Below, piece after piece: positions 25,743 through 38,455 of a stretch of 64,000 nt of DNA. Both the position numbers and the translations under genes were made by a program. Source of the DNA: Harriotta raleighana (lineage: Eukaryota); assembly GCA_050575255.1 (NCBI GenBank), contig JBNZDD010013568.1, positions 1,109,243 to 1,173,242 on the forward strand, written 5' to 3'. Numbering within the stretch: position 1 is the first letter of the stretch; each line of letters starts with the position of its first letter. The notes under the pieces are model-generated. The model was not told where the DNA came from. It saw only the letters and a program-made list of their open reading frames with translations, and did not search any database.

Positions 25743-27269
25743 TACAATCTTGTTGCATTTGGTAACTAAACCTGGTAACTACTAAACCTGGGAACTAAAA
25801 CGTATAACAACACTGTTGCTCAAGTCTTTTTTTTGGGGGGGGACTTAGACATCCCCTTGTTTTTTTTTATCCACAATAAGAATAATGATTGAAAATAAAC
25901 AAATGGTATTGAGCAAGTTAAGAGCCTGTAAATGTAACCTCAAAGTTCAAATGACACACTACTCAAACTATGCTCCTGTGGTTTATGATGTAATTTAAAG
26001 ACGAGATTAAATTACAGGTTCGATATTCAGTCCAAACATCCATAACCTTGTTAGAGCAGCGGAACCTTCTGATTCACCGTCTGGCAGTAAAGAATAGCTC
26101 TCGAATGCCTGCAGGCTCTTCTGGTGAGATTCCCTGGTTGGGAGGGAGTGACCGAAAATACCAGCACTGGGTATCCAGTCCCACTCATCACTCGCTCATC
26201 ATCATTCTTAGGTGAGTTACTGAAGCGCTCAAGCCTTTTTTGTTAGTTCCTCAGCTCTTAAAGTGGAGGAGAAAGGAGAGAAAAGGGAGGAATGAAAATA
26301 GAGGAAGTGAGAGGGAGAGATGGGGGAGGAGGGGTGGAAGAAGCCTAGGTCTTAAAGTATTACAACAATATCCTTGTTCAGTAGAATCCTACCAACTACA
26401 GACAAACCACCATCAACAAAAAACAAATGACACTTGTTCAACACATTTTAAGTCAAGGTATTTGATACCACCCAACAACATGTAAATCTACATTTTACAT
26501 CTACATCTGTGAGTCTGTGACCAGCATAGTACTGATGGTGGAAGGATTCCTTTGTCAAAATAGAGTCGATCATCAAAAGCAGGCATTCTGGCTAATTTAA
26601 CCTAAATCGCCCCCCCCCCACCCCCCCATTTAGCTAAACGAGAGATGAACCAGACCACTGAGAGACTGGGAGGGCAACTGTGAAACTCATTTAATATAAA
26701 CTAATATCAATATTAATTCTTTTAATTGTGTGTTCTGGTGAAGTGTAACAAATGAGCTTGCTTTGGGAAATGCATATTATTTTTGTTTTGCAATTATAAA
26801 TTGAAAATTGCATGCTCAGTCTTCCATCATTCTTCAAGCTGATGCATTTCGCTTTAACACAGCCATTTTGTACCTCAGTGCCTATTACACCTTGTAATCT
26901 CTGCTGCTGGCCCCAGGGATGAATAGTTATCAGTAATAGTTATTTTCATAGTAAATTGAACAGTCTCACCTGGCAGATAAATTACAAGCCTCAACACATA
27001 ATCTTTCATCTTGCAGCCTAATGACAGATGGATTGAGGGGTTAATTTAGCTCAATTCCCAACGATATGTTCCACAGGAGTGTAAAACGGGAAACAACTGA
27101 ACAATTGCCACAGCACCTGCCAAAAGCTTTGTTCCTTTACACTCTGCTTTGGCAACATTAGCTTTGAACTGTAATGTTTTAACCTTCAATCCTTCACTGG
27201 AGGGAGGGAGGGAGGGAGGGAGAGTCACTCACTCCAGTATGCTGCATTTTCCTCTTTCCAACTACAATA

Positions 27270-27500
27270 TTAATAATAATGATCAATCTTGCATTTGATA
27301 TAGCACCTTATCACATCATTGAGACTACTCAAAGCGCTTCACTGGACACTGGACAATGAAAATAATAATTCTTGCATTTGATATATACTGTAAAACAACA
27401 ACAACAAAATTACATTGATAGAGCGCCTCTCACGTCGGGAGGTGCTGAGTGGATTGACTGTGTACTTTGTGGGTAAACTCCAGCAGCCAATTGCGCAAAA
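27270..27500 (-). mobile_element. Stack of two SINE tails and one L2 tail
   Basis: Two (aat)n-cttgcatttgatata starts (~27271 and ~27361) and an (aac)n-aaaattacatt..gagcgcctctcacgtcgggagg L2 tail (~27395-27445). Confidence 0.7.
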
Positions 27501-28356
27501 CAAAAAAAACTGCATCCCCCACACCCCCGCCTGACTCTGAGACTCTGAGTGTGTTCCCCTGCACACATTAACAGGAGGCAGTCAGTGTGAGCGCTCCAGC
27601 CTGCTCACTGCCCACTTTGGTGACCAGCGGTTAATCAGCAGGGATAGAGACTCCAGTTGGATTCTGCACCTTTTACATCAGGGCCACGGAGGAGAATAGC
27701 CCCTCAGGTGGGGTCCACTATCCCATCACCAACCAGGACCTAAACCTGTGACCTTCTCGTCTGTACAGCTCGATAGCTCGATACCATGTAGGGCCCAACC
27801 TCTTGGCACCAGGCAGCTGCCAGGTCACCAGTGTTGCGAGTGAAAGGCTTGGCTGCCATTGTAGTTTGAAACGTGTTTGGTGGGGGGGGGGAGGGTGGGG
27901 GGTGGGGGAGGATGGGGAGTGGGGGGAATTACAACATCTTACCCAGAGATCCCTACTGCAGGAGCCAGATACAGAGAGTTGATGGAGGACTGCGAGACAG
28001 GTTGTTTCAGTGATTAGAGGAAAGCTAAAACGCTCTCAGATAACAACTGTGAAATCCCCCAGAGACTCCGCAAACTAACAGGGCAGCTAAACGTGTCAGA
28101 AGGGAGAATTTGAAATGGTGTAATCAAAGAAGACAGTTGAAATGAACTCTGCATGCCTGCACACAGGCACTGGCCAATTTCGCCTTTCAGGGCTAATAAG
28201 GACATGTTTTCCTAAGTGAGAGAGGCATGACATGAAACAACTTCTGCTGGGATTAGAACACAAGACTCAAAAAAGAGGAAAAGGCAGTATGTGTGCTCAC
28301 TGCTAGTTATCTGTGTCATATTCATAGCAAATGCAATCTTAATCTCTATCTCTGTC

Positions 28357-28497
28357 AATTGGCTGCCATGTTTCGCCCACAAATATAGTCAATTCACTTT
28401 ACAGTATATTCTGTGAAGCACTTTGAGACATCGATAAGATGTGAAAAGTGCTATATCAAATTATTATATCAAATGCAAGGATTATTATGATTATTAG
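28357..28497 (+). mobile_element. Deu-type SINE 3' part
   Basis: aattggctgccatgtttcgcccac..gtgaagcactttgagacatc..gtgctatatcaaa..tgcaaggattattat. Confidence 0.8.
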
Positions 28498-30964
28498 GTC
28501 TAGTTTACGTCAAATGTAAAACTCTTATCAAAGCCCCATTAAGATCACTCCATATATTCTCAGTAACACAAACGAGCTGTGATGTTTTAATTCCCCCCGA
28601 GAGGAGGGACGTCCAGCGTGAAGAGTCGATTATAAACGCAAATTTTATCGTGGCTCACAAACCTCAATTTTTTTTTTTTGAAAAGGTCAGTGTTTTATTC
28701 GTTCGATGAAAGGCAATTTTATTTGGGATGGTATAAATTGCTTCTGCATCACACCAGGAATCTCTCAGGTAGTATGAAGAGTGTGTGTTGAGGTCAAGAT
28801 CCCTCACCTCTGCTCCCAGTAAAGATCACCAGTACACAATCACGAATGGTCCCGCTCAGATCTCACCGCTGTAGAAACAGGAGCCGCTCTCGACAGGGAG
28901 GAAACCAAGCGCATTGTATGGAAGGTGCGTTGTGTTAGGTCAGGTCAGGGGTGTAAACTATGCTGAGAGACAGGGAATTGGGAGGCACCTCTGCCATCTG
29001 AGTTCAAACCCAGTCCACATTGATGCTCACTTGCTCTCTGTACCAGTGTGGGCTTTGCCAACCTCAAGGAGGTCTAAGTTATAGCGCAATACTGACAGTG
29101 TCACCAAGATGATGGAGGGCTGCTAAACAAACAGGCCAGCATTGCAATGTTCTTCTGAGATTACACAACAATTTACCTCGTGCCGTGTGGTGTCCTAGAG
29201 CAAGCACTTCACTGAAGGTGGGGAACTGAAGAGGGGACTTCACCTGGCTTTCTTCCTCCAGCCTCAAGCCATGCGAGAGGGTTGATGCTGACCCACAGGG
29301 TACATAAACCAAGACAAGTGTTCCATTCACTTGAGATGCAGAGCTGTGCAGCACTCTCCCATTGGGCTATAAACTACGCAGACTTGAACAGTTCACCCAA
29401 AGTTCCATTTCCCCCTGGTGTTTACCACCACTACTAACCAGATTTCCAGCCACCATTGCACAAGAACTTCCGCGGTTTACAGAGAAGCCTTCACCACCGT
29501 CACATGCTCAGAATAAATGCTGACATTGTCGTTGTCACTGAATTCCCGAGGGGAATTTTTTTATTTAAAAAAATGCAACCAAAGCTTTCTTTATGGCAAA
29601 TAATTTTCCTCTTAAAGACTTGCGCAGCATAAATTCTTTGAAGACACACCATACAGTCACCTTGATCTGGAACATCACCTTTTCAGTGATTTACCACTCG
29701 CCCAAATCCAGTGCAACTCCATAACACGGTCACTATTAATATATACTTTCATCTGACCACTGACGGTTACGCAACAGGCAAACAACGCGGACATTGTCTC
29801 AAGACAAAACATAGATGGCAAACTAATCTGCTTTTATGACTATAAAGTGCTTCTGTCCACAGGGTAAACGGGAATGTGAAAGCTGTATTTGATCCGTGAG
29901 CATGCAAATTGTCATGTTAAACGATCATGTGCTTTCATCTGATAAATGTTTGTGTTTTTTCCTTCATTTCAAGTCCTAAGGCAGTGGCAGCTGAATTCCT
30001 TTCATCGCTAAAGAGTCGTTGGTAAATTACAGCGCACAGAGCAGCGCTATAATTGTACTTGTTCTACTGCTGTCTACCTTAAAATTCCATTAGGACTAAA
30101 TTACCATAATTTAACATGAATGGAATTCAGCAGAAAAAAAGTTGCCTGGGATTTGACTTCTGTAGTTTTGACAAAGCGCTCCCGATATTAATTCTTTCCA
30201 CCTATAATTCAAAATTGCCATTGTGTGTTTTTTAAAAAATTATACATTAACTTCAACCTTGGCTTGATGTTGCTTTGGATTACATATAATTAAAGAGGAA
30301 AGTGAGACAAACTAAGAAAGGCAAAGTAATTTTGATTGAGGTTAAGTCTCCTCCACACACAGTGCTAAAGCCTAATTGTGGTAATAAACAAGGTTATACT
30401 TTGCAGACACAGTTCTACAGAAAGTCTTGGTTGAGACAGAAGGAATGATTTCTGGTCACCATACACTAAACAAAGGAGGGAGCTGCTGAAGACAAAATAA
30501 CCCCTCTGGTGATTGTGCGATGTTACAGCTGGAGGGAAGGTTACGTCTTACAGAAATCACAAAGAAATTGCCAGTTTCTCATCAGCAGTCATTCAATAGC
30601 AAGATGATCAGGTGGTAAACAGATCATTAAAAAAACTCCTCCTTTGACAATGGGGTTCCATGAGCAGCCGTCAGCAAACAACACACTGCTCGGCTGGGGA
30701 GAGTGGGCTGGCTACAGAGCTGTGGGGGGAGGTTCATGATGAGGCCTCGTCTGCTGACAGATTTGTATGTGTTATCAGGAGTCAGTTGAAGGCAGTGCCA
30801 CCCGAAGCCTAGAGATATTGAGGGTGAATGTAGAAGCTCTACTGCCACCTGTTAGCACAGATCAGAGCCTGTATCTCTGGTATTTATTACTGAATTCCAC
30901 AGCGTGAAATTGTGTTGTGCAATGGCTGGGTTACAGGATGGTTAACAGGCTTCATATACACAAA

Positions 30965-31068
30965 TATACAGTCAATTCACTTTACAGTATATTCTGTGAA
31001 GCACTATGGGACACCGTCTAGAAGACATCAAAAACCCTCTATCAAATGCAAGAATTATTATTATCGTA
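30965..31068 (+). mobile_element. Deu-type SINE 3' part
   Basis: cagtcaattcactttacagtatattctgtgaagcac..ctatcaaatgcaagaattattatt. Confidence 0.75.
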
Positions 31069-31093
31069 TATAATAAAATAATATCAAATGATA

Positions 31094-31195
31094 TATCATA
31101 GAATTTTATGCATAAAAGGAGGCCCTTCGGCCATCTAGTCTGTGCTGGCTCTTTGAAAAGAACAATCACATTGTCCAGCTTTCTCCCCATAACCT
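31094..31195 (-). mobile_element. CR1 LINE 3' end
   Basis: atcatagaatttt..aaggaggcccttcggccatc..ctgtgctggctctttgaaaaga is the reverse complement of the CR1 terminus seen at 20875-21012. Confidence 0.75.
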
Positions 31196-34100
31196 AACAG
31201 ACCCCGTTCTCCCTAAATAAAGATCTCATTCTCTTTAATACACATGCATCTCCTGTGAGTACAATGTTCGCTCTATGTTTAGAGTTAGTTAAAGCACAGG
31301 GACTACAGATAAAGCCAAACTAAACTTCAGCCAAATAGGGAAATTCCAACTCAAGCCATAGAGATAGAGCACGCATAAACAAGCAGCTCATCCCATCACA
31401 AAAGAAGTGGAAAGGCTGAATTTCAAAAATGCGCAGTGGGGAGACATTGACAGGAGTGTTCAAAGGTGGTATCAATCTCTGGCATTCCAGTGGTGGTATG
31501 TCAGGCCAATCCATTCTACGGGTCTGCGTCCTTGGTTTCAGAGCTTTTAATCTGATGAAACCAACAAACACAAACTCATATTCCGTCCATCCCACGCTTT
31601 CAAACAGCTTTTCAAGGCAAGACTCACAACAGGCAATCTCGTGCAGATTTCATGTTTCCCAACTATGAAAAAAATAAAATAATAATCCCTTTTACCTTTT
31701 ATCATTCCCCACAGTTAGGTATCAATTCTGTCAAACAAGGTGGAGAGATAGACATAATACTTCAGGCCAAACAAAATATAAAAAATCTATCAAACTTTAA
31801 AAAAAAATCTATTGTATTTACAGATGCATAGAACAGCACTTGAAGTTCAACAAAGCTGAAGAGCTTGGTGTTAACTGTGACTCTTTTGGTTGGCTGTTCA
31901 ATAATCCTACAATTAATGGGTGGGCTGTATATATATGTACAGTACTCCACAAGTGTGTAACTAGCAAGCTTTGTAACTGATAATTTACTGTTCAAGGTGG
32001 CGATAGCCAAGTGCTACACAACAGCTGCACTCCTCCACCACCCCCTCCAGCATACAGTACTTAGTTTCACATACTTAATGATAGCAAAGCTGTCAATTTA
32101 TTTCACTCTGAACTTTGCTGCCAAGGAAAAAAGAAAATAATTGGGTGGGAACCTTTGCTGTCCAACCAAAAAGTGCCCCATTTCTATGGGGCTGATTCTG
32201 CCGTTTGGGGAACTGTGTGTTGTTGTTGCTCTAGTGGCTGAGGGGGTAATCGAGCCGAGTGTAATGGCACTAAATCGTATAATCAAGAAAATCTTCATTT
32301 GCTTGTTTGTTCGTCAATGGTGACTATGCTGTCAGCTACAGAGGGGCTTGTTTGGTGCAAGGCTAAAGTGGGTGGAGCAGCCAGGGTTCCCACTCCTAAC
32401 TGATATCTATTGACGTTTGGCATGATGATCGGGCTCGGTTGTGACACTGCACTGTTAACACATGGCATGGGATACTCAGAACAAGAACTGTCACTTGATC
32501 ACTTGGTGACACGGAGAGGAGAGGGGAACAGAGCAGTTTCAGATCTGAAGGCAAATCAGCGGAGGACAATACAAATGGACGACAACAAACAAAAATTACT
32601 TTTAATTAAGTCGGGAGGAGAAAAATATGTTGATTTTGTTTTCGAATCACCTGGGTGAGATTTGGAGATGAACTTGTGACAGAGTAAGCTACAAAATGAA
32701 AGAGCCAAATAAAGAGGCCCATTATGGCGTTTAGTGGGCTGATACCCACAAGGAAGGTCCTGTGTTTTAGATTTCCCTTGCTTCCGTCTCCTGCCTGCAG
32801 TCTCACGCTAAGATTATTAAAGTACTGCTGAATTCACCCAAGCAACAAATACTGCGCTGACTGCAGTCCATTAAAGGTTTTCACCGGGGAGTTGGAGAAT
32901 GTGCTGGCAGGCAATGAAAAGGCCAAAGAAATTCACAAATCTGAACACCTCAGTCGCACTACAGCACACGCTGAGCCTGAGCAGAGTGGCACGTGATGAG
33001 GGCAACAGGGCCTGTTGTTCTCTGCTTTGACGTTTATTGTGGTAACTGCATTCCCTCAATACAAGTGTTGTACTAACAGACACCTTCTATATTTTTTGCA
33101 AGGCTTGTTTGTGCTTTGATTTAGCAGAATGGATACTACGTGATGTCCCCCCGGGTTGCTGAAAATAGCACATAAGGGACATTGTAACAGTACCTAGGGG
33201 CTTAAATTGCCTAATCCAAACAGTCCCAGAAGCCATGTAAAATTGATATGTTATGCCTTAGTCATGAAGGCCGTGTGCTTTGAAAAGACAATATCTATTT
33301 CAGATACAACTCCGGAGGCTTTTCTGACAAGACACGTTACTGATAAAATGAAATCCAGTCAATCAAAGTATGTGCAGGCATGTGTCCAGAGGGCAGGAGC
33401 GAAAGAAAGCAGAGAGGAGTCAAACAACTAAAACGGGAAACAGCTAAGAGGAGGAAGAGGTGGTTGAGAGGGCCTTGGTTTCACAGAGCTGGGGTGGATG
33501 GATGGGGGGGGGGGGCGGCGGGGGGGGGGGGGAGTTTTATTGCAGTCCCAGCCTCAGATATTTGATGAATTCTCAGGCTGTCGGGCTAAAAGGTGAGATT
33601 CTGTGCAGAGCTGAAGTTGTGCTGGTCCAGAGAACCAGGCTAAGAGAAGGGGCTCAAAAACAAGCCACACATTGATTTGCACAGTGGTATCAAGCTGAGG
33701 AACATTGCTATGGAGTCACTCAGCTCGCACCGACCTCTAACGGTTGCCAGGAGGGCGATTGTGACGTGCGATCTGCAAAAAGGAGGAAAAAATGCTGAAT
33801 AAATTGAAAGAATAAAATAGAAGCAAAACAACAACAGGGCAGATTGTGTTGTGGATTGTTCCCTCAGTTGGCCAGGGCCAACAGGTGACCAAGGAGATTT
33901 GTGACAAAGAGATAGGTAAAAAGGGGTTCACCAGCGAGCCTTTGAGACGTCAGTATTGAACAAACATTGTTAGACTTTCTCCTGTTGCAGGGAGCTGCAA
34001 ACTCACAGACTCAGCCCCTATTAAGTGCATGAAAATTGTGGTAGCACAATAAAAAGAAAAGTGGAAACAGGCAACTAGTAACAGCAGTAAAACACCAGGG

Positions 34101-36377
34101 GTAGTTAAGTAACTAATTCACCCTCACTTACCTCAACGTAAAACCAAGCTCGCAAAGGAGGGAACACAGCTCCAGTATTTCAAGGGTTAACCTAAAACCA
34201 CAATAACACTTCCAAGATAGCAAAACAAAATGACATAGCAAATGTTCCAATGAAGGGAAGAGACAAGTTCTCATCCACTAAAAGGGATTTGAGGGTGGTA
34301 AGACCTAAGAGACAAATGTAACAGGGGACTTTTATCGGGAATCGGACAGGTCGATGATACGGATATGGCCTACTCTTGCCTGAAATCACTCTGCAGACAG
34401 AGGATGGATGGGTTGTCACCATGACAACACACACAAGTACAATAGGTGGAATTGGTCATTGATACTTTAATGAAGTTTTTTTTATGTCTACGAGCATCTG
34501 AGAGTTCCAGGGCTGATGGGCAAAAAAAAAGTCCAGAGAAAGTATATGGCTCCTCGGAGCTTGAGAAAAATAGCTACTTGTCAGATCTTTCGCTGTACAG
34601 AGGAATCTTTGTTTCAGTATTGCACCTGGGTCCCCCTCTCCCCCAGCATTGACTGGTGTAGAGAGGAGCCCGCTGAAGACAGGAGCAGCCCCTGGTCAGT
34701 AGATATGGGAGTTGATGGAGCGCCTCGATACCATGGGAGGTTTAGCAGCAGCTGTATTATTATATATTCCCCAATCCTGAGCGAGCCCAGGCTCCATCCT
34801 AACCATATTAAAGTCAACAATTGTTGCTGCAAGGACAGAACAGGCAAATCATTTTTTTTTTTAAGTTCTAGTGGGACTACTCGCAATATAAAATACTCCT
34901 GTTCGTCTTAGAGCACCATTAAAGGTTACTCCATTTTCAATAACTGCAGCAAATGCAACCTCACAGCTCTGATGTTTAATAGCTTGCCCACTTCACAACT
35001 CACTGTGTAGACTCCAATCCTCTGAACACTTTCTGTGGGTCAGGGGAGGGGAAGAATATTCCAGGTCCAAGAGGCACAAGAGATTACAGTATTTTATTAG
35101 CCCAAGCCAGGAAAATAGTTAGCTCAAAACATAAAAACCTTAGGTTTTGAGCCCATTCAATTTACCAAGTGCATTACTATGTTTCACAAGTGCCTGTCTC
35201 TATTAATCCTGACCACAATAAGTCAGCGCTGTATCTATGCAAAGCTTTTTCTACACTGATTTAGTCCATATTCAACCGAGTTGGAGTGTAATGCAGCCTG
35301 TAAATGCTACACAAGCAATGATTTTCGATCAAAAGAATCTCTTGTACACGACCACAGGCTGGCTCCAGGCACTGCCGACTAAGGCTCCCTGAGGACAGTC
35401 CCTAGCCCCAGATTGTGTCAAATTAATTAATCTTTTACTAGCTCTGTCTCACAGTGTATTAAACAGCTACTGTCCTCAGGTACTGAGGCCTCAAACTCCA
35501 GGGAATAGAACTGCATTCAAAATAAGCAGCATTCACACCACCATCAGATACGTTTGAAGTATTTGGTCACCTTTCAGAGCAAAGGACGATAATCAGACAA
35601 TGGGGGGGAGGGGAGAGGGGGGGGGAAATACAGATCCCAAAATGTTCCCATCATACTGATGCTCCTGTTAGAGGGCAGAATTGTGTGGGGAGGTGACTGC
35701 CGAATTCCCCAATCGCACAGACGATGGAGTTTCCATTAAGGTAAGAGCAGGTTCCACAGCAACAGAAGAGGGGGAAAAAAAAACCTGTGCCTAACCAGGC
35801 GTGCTCAGGTTTAATTGTGAGCGGCAACGATTGACACAGGCTGGAGACGAAAACTCTCCTACCACCCACCATCCCCCACCGCCCACTCCCCATCACTCAA
35901 CTGCATGGGTTGGTTAAGGCAATCGCCTGCCATCAGCCACAACAAAGCACCAATCAGTGTGTCACCAATGGCAGCTTTTTGGACAGTCTGTGAATTGGGG
36001 GAGGGGGGGGTGGGGTAAAATGTTACACCTTTTTCAGATGAGGGTTTCAACGGCTCTTAGTTCCCCATTATTCACCGCAGTGATTGCGGCACGTCAGGGG
36101 CTCAAAGCGAAACAAAGCACAAAATCAGGTAGATCCCCAGGGACTAGAGGCTTAGAAACACATCCACTATTTCAAACACACGAGTCCCTAAACTAGATCC
36201 ACTCCCCAAGTAAGTAGCACAAGACCCAACATCTAACGTTGCATAATGCTGCTCTCATTGCTTGTTTACAGTGAAACTCAAAGAAAAAAAAGTGTCTATT
36301 TTCAATAGATCAGGTGTCCGGGTCAGAATACGATCTCTCAGAGAGGAGCCTGGTGGAGGGAAGATATATAAGGCTAG

Positions 36378-36490
36378 TATGTGAGGGGAGTGAGGGCTGG
36401 TGGGTGAGGGGGGGTGAGGGCTGGTGGGTGAGGGGAGTGAGGGCTGATAGGGTGAGGAGCGTGAGGGCTGGTGTGTGAGGGGAGTGAGAT
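36378..36490. repeat. G-rich minisatellite, ~23-24 bp unit, about 4.5 copies
   Basis: Repeats of gtgaggggagtgagggctggtgg with small variations. Confidence 0.9.
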
Positions 36491-38284
36491 GCAGGGGGGT
36501 GGGGGTGGAGGAGTGCAGTACAAGCCGCTCTGTGGGTCAGGTTGTTCCCAGTGAAAATAATGAGCTTTGTCCGAGAAATGAAGTGTTAACACATTTCATT
36601 GGCTCCATTCAAATACTCCATCAGAACATGCTTCACCCTCCTGTCATCTAAAGGTCGGCCTTATAACAATCTCAATAAAAGGCTAAAAACTGCACATAAA
36701 GCAAGCTTTAGAGATGACCCCTAAACGCGGGAGCAGTTTTGGCTTATTTTAAAAAGCCCTTTGTACACAATTACACGAGGCTTTACTCAATTGTCTCACT
36801 TTAAGAGCATGACACAGCCCAACTCTCTTCAAAACCTTGCCTCCCTTTGGACAAATGTGCTGACAAGAATTAACTTCTTTTAAATACAGCGCCTTTTAAG
36901 AAAAATCAGTCAAAACCTTTATTCATGGAAATAAAGTTTTCTGAACTGAATGGGCCAGCCTGCACCATAGAGTGTTCAGTCACTGGAAAGCACGCAGTAA
37001 AATCTAGAGAATAGGCTAGACCCCGAAGCCTTCATCTAGGCCTGTGATTGATGTGCTGTGGGTCTTGCTGCAGTTAACAGTGATTTTTATCTGTTGCTAG
37101 CAGCAACAGTCAGGGTCTCAGCGTGAGGCGAGCAGCAGGCTTCAACACTACAGTAGTGCCGCACACAGGGCCAGACAAATAGCCTTTCAGCTGGACAGGG
37201 TTCATGGTGTGGTTTTGACAAAGAAACCCCTTTGGAAAGGCTGAAAATGTCAATCCTTTGATGGTGGCGTGCTGAGCTATTGGACTCTGTTACTAATTTG
37301 TGCTGTGCGTCTCAGTGTGTGAGGGCAATGAAACGCGAGCACCTGCAAACCGCTGGGGACGACTGCCTGGCGAGAGATAATCCAAGTGTATCCTTTGTTG
37401 AGAGCAGGCCAGAGTCACTGAACTGATACAGACTGTGAAATGAGCAAAAGTATGATAGATAGTCCAGATTAAACGGAAATAAAGACAGTGGAATGCTATA
37501 ATTGGGACATTTCTTCAACCAGGCTTTTGTAACAGTTACTGACTGAACAGTTAACCCCTATCCCATGCACAATGTATTCTTTCATCTGATGGAACATGAA
37601 TTTATTCTGCAAATAAAATTATGAATCGGGAATCTGCTAAGTAAAAGCTTTGATATGAGAGGGGGGATTTTATGTTCATTTTAAAATCATCTTTTCATGG
37701 CAGATTTGCATCTAAGCCAGAGGAATTTTTACGAAGATATACAATTTCAGTATCTACGTCAATGACATATATATTATATATAAATAAAAGTAATTCATCG
37801 ATTGACTATTCCTAATGCCTGCATAATTAGTTCTCTCTTCAGCAATGTGTTTCAATAACAACACTGCAATGTTGGAAAGTTGTTTGAGATTGAGGAAGAA
37901 ATAATTTCTGGGGCAAACGGAGAAACTTCACAAGATGAAGTTTAGGGAGGAAACACAGGTATATAATCAAGTTCAATCAAATCAAAAAGACAGGTGCCAG
38001 CGGATCGTGCCCATGGAAAACAGATCAAAGTCGTGTCAAAATCGCTTGGAAGTTTTCGGGTTTTACTGCCTCTGTAACCACAAAAAAAACAGCAAAACCG
38101 TTGTGTTTGCTCTGCTCTCCTCGGGAATCTCATACTAAATGCCTCTCTGTACCATTTAAAGTGCGTGCCAGACTGGGTCACAGGTTGCTGACTGTATAGA
38201 CACGAATACACACCATATTCTTCTCAAGAAATCAAAAGCCGACTTTCCCACAGGTAATTCAGTAAATAATAAATCTTATGACTC

Positions 38285-38455
38285 GGCACCGAGACCCAGC
38301 AAACAGCAAGCTCTAGATTCAAGCCCTGCCAGGGAATTAGTTTCGGTTGGGTCAGTTCTGCTGAAGTTGGCCTTGGTTCCCTTGGACCGGGAAAGGGAAA
38401 ATATTCAGTCAGATTCCAAGCATTGATCCCGATAAAGTGACCTCGGCTGGGAAGC
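38285..38455 (+). mobile_element. Degenerate older tRNA-derived SINE
   Basis: ttggccttggttcccttggaccgggaaagggaaaa..cagtcagattcc..tgatc..gtgacctcggctggg, similar to the 52420 family body. Confidence 0.45.

Noticed and set aside
25079-25747. Longest ORF (222 aa) as a protein-coding gene
   Set aside because: It spans the antisense of a Penelope-like end and a decayed LINE remnant, so it is a chimeric chance frame.
34132-34191. 60-nt pseudo-exon with GAG|gtaagt donor on the minus strand
   Set aside because: Stop at the fourth codon, only a moderate acceptor and no similarity to AUTS2-family exons; expected by chance in a long intron.
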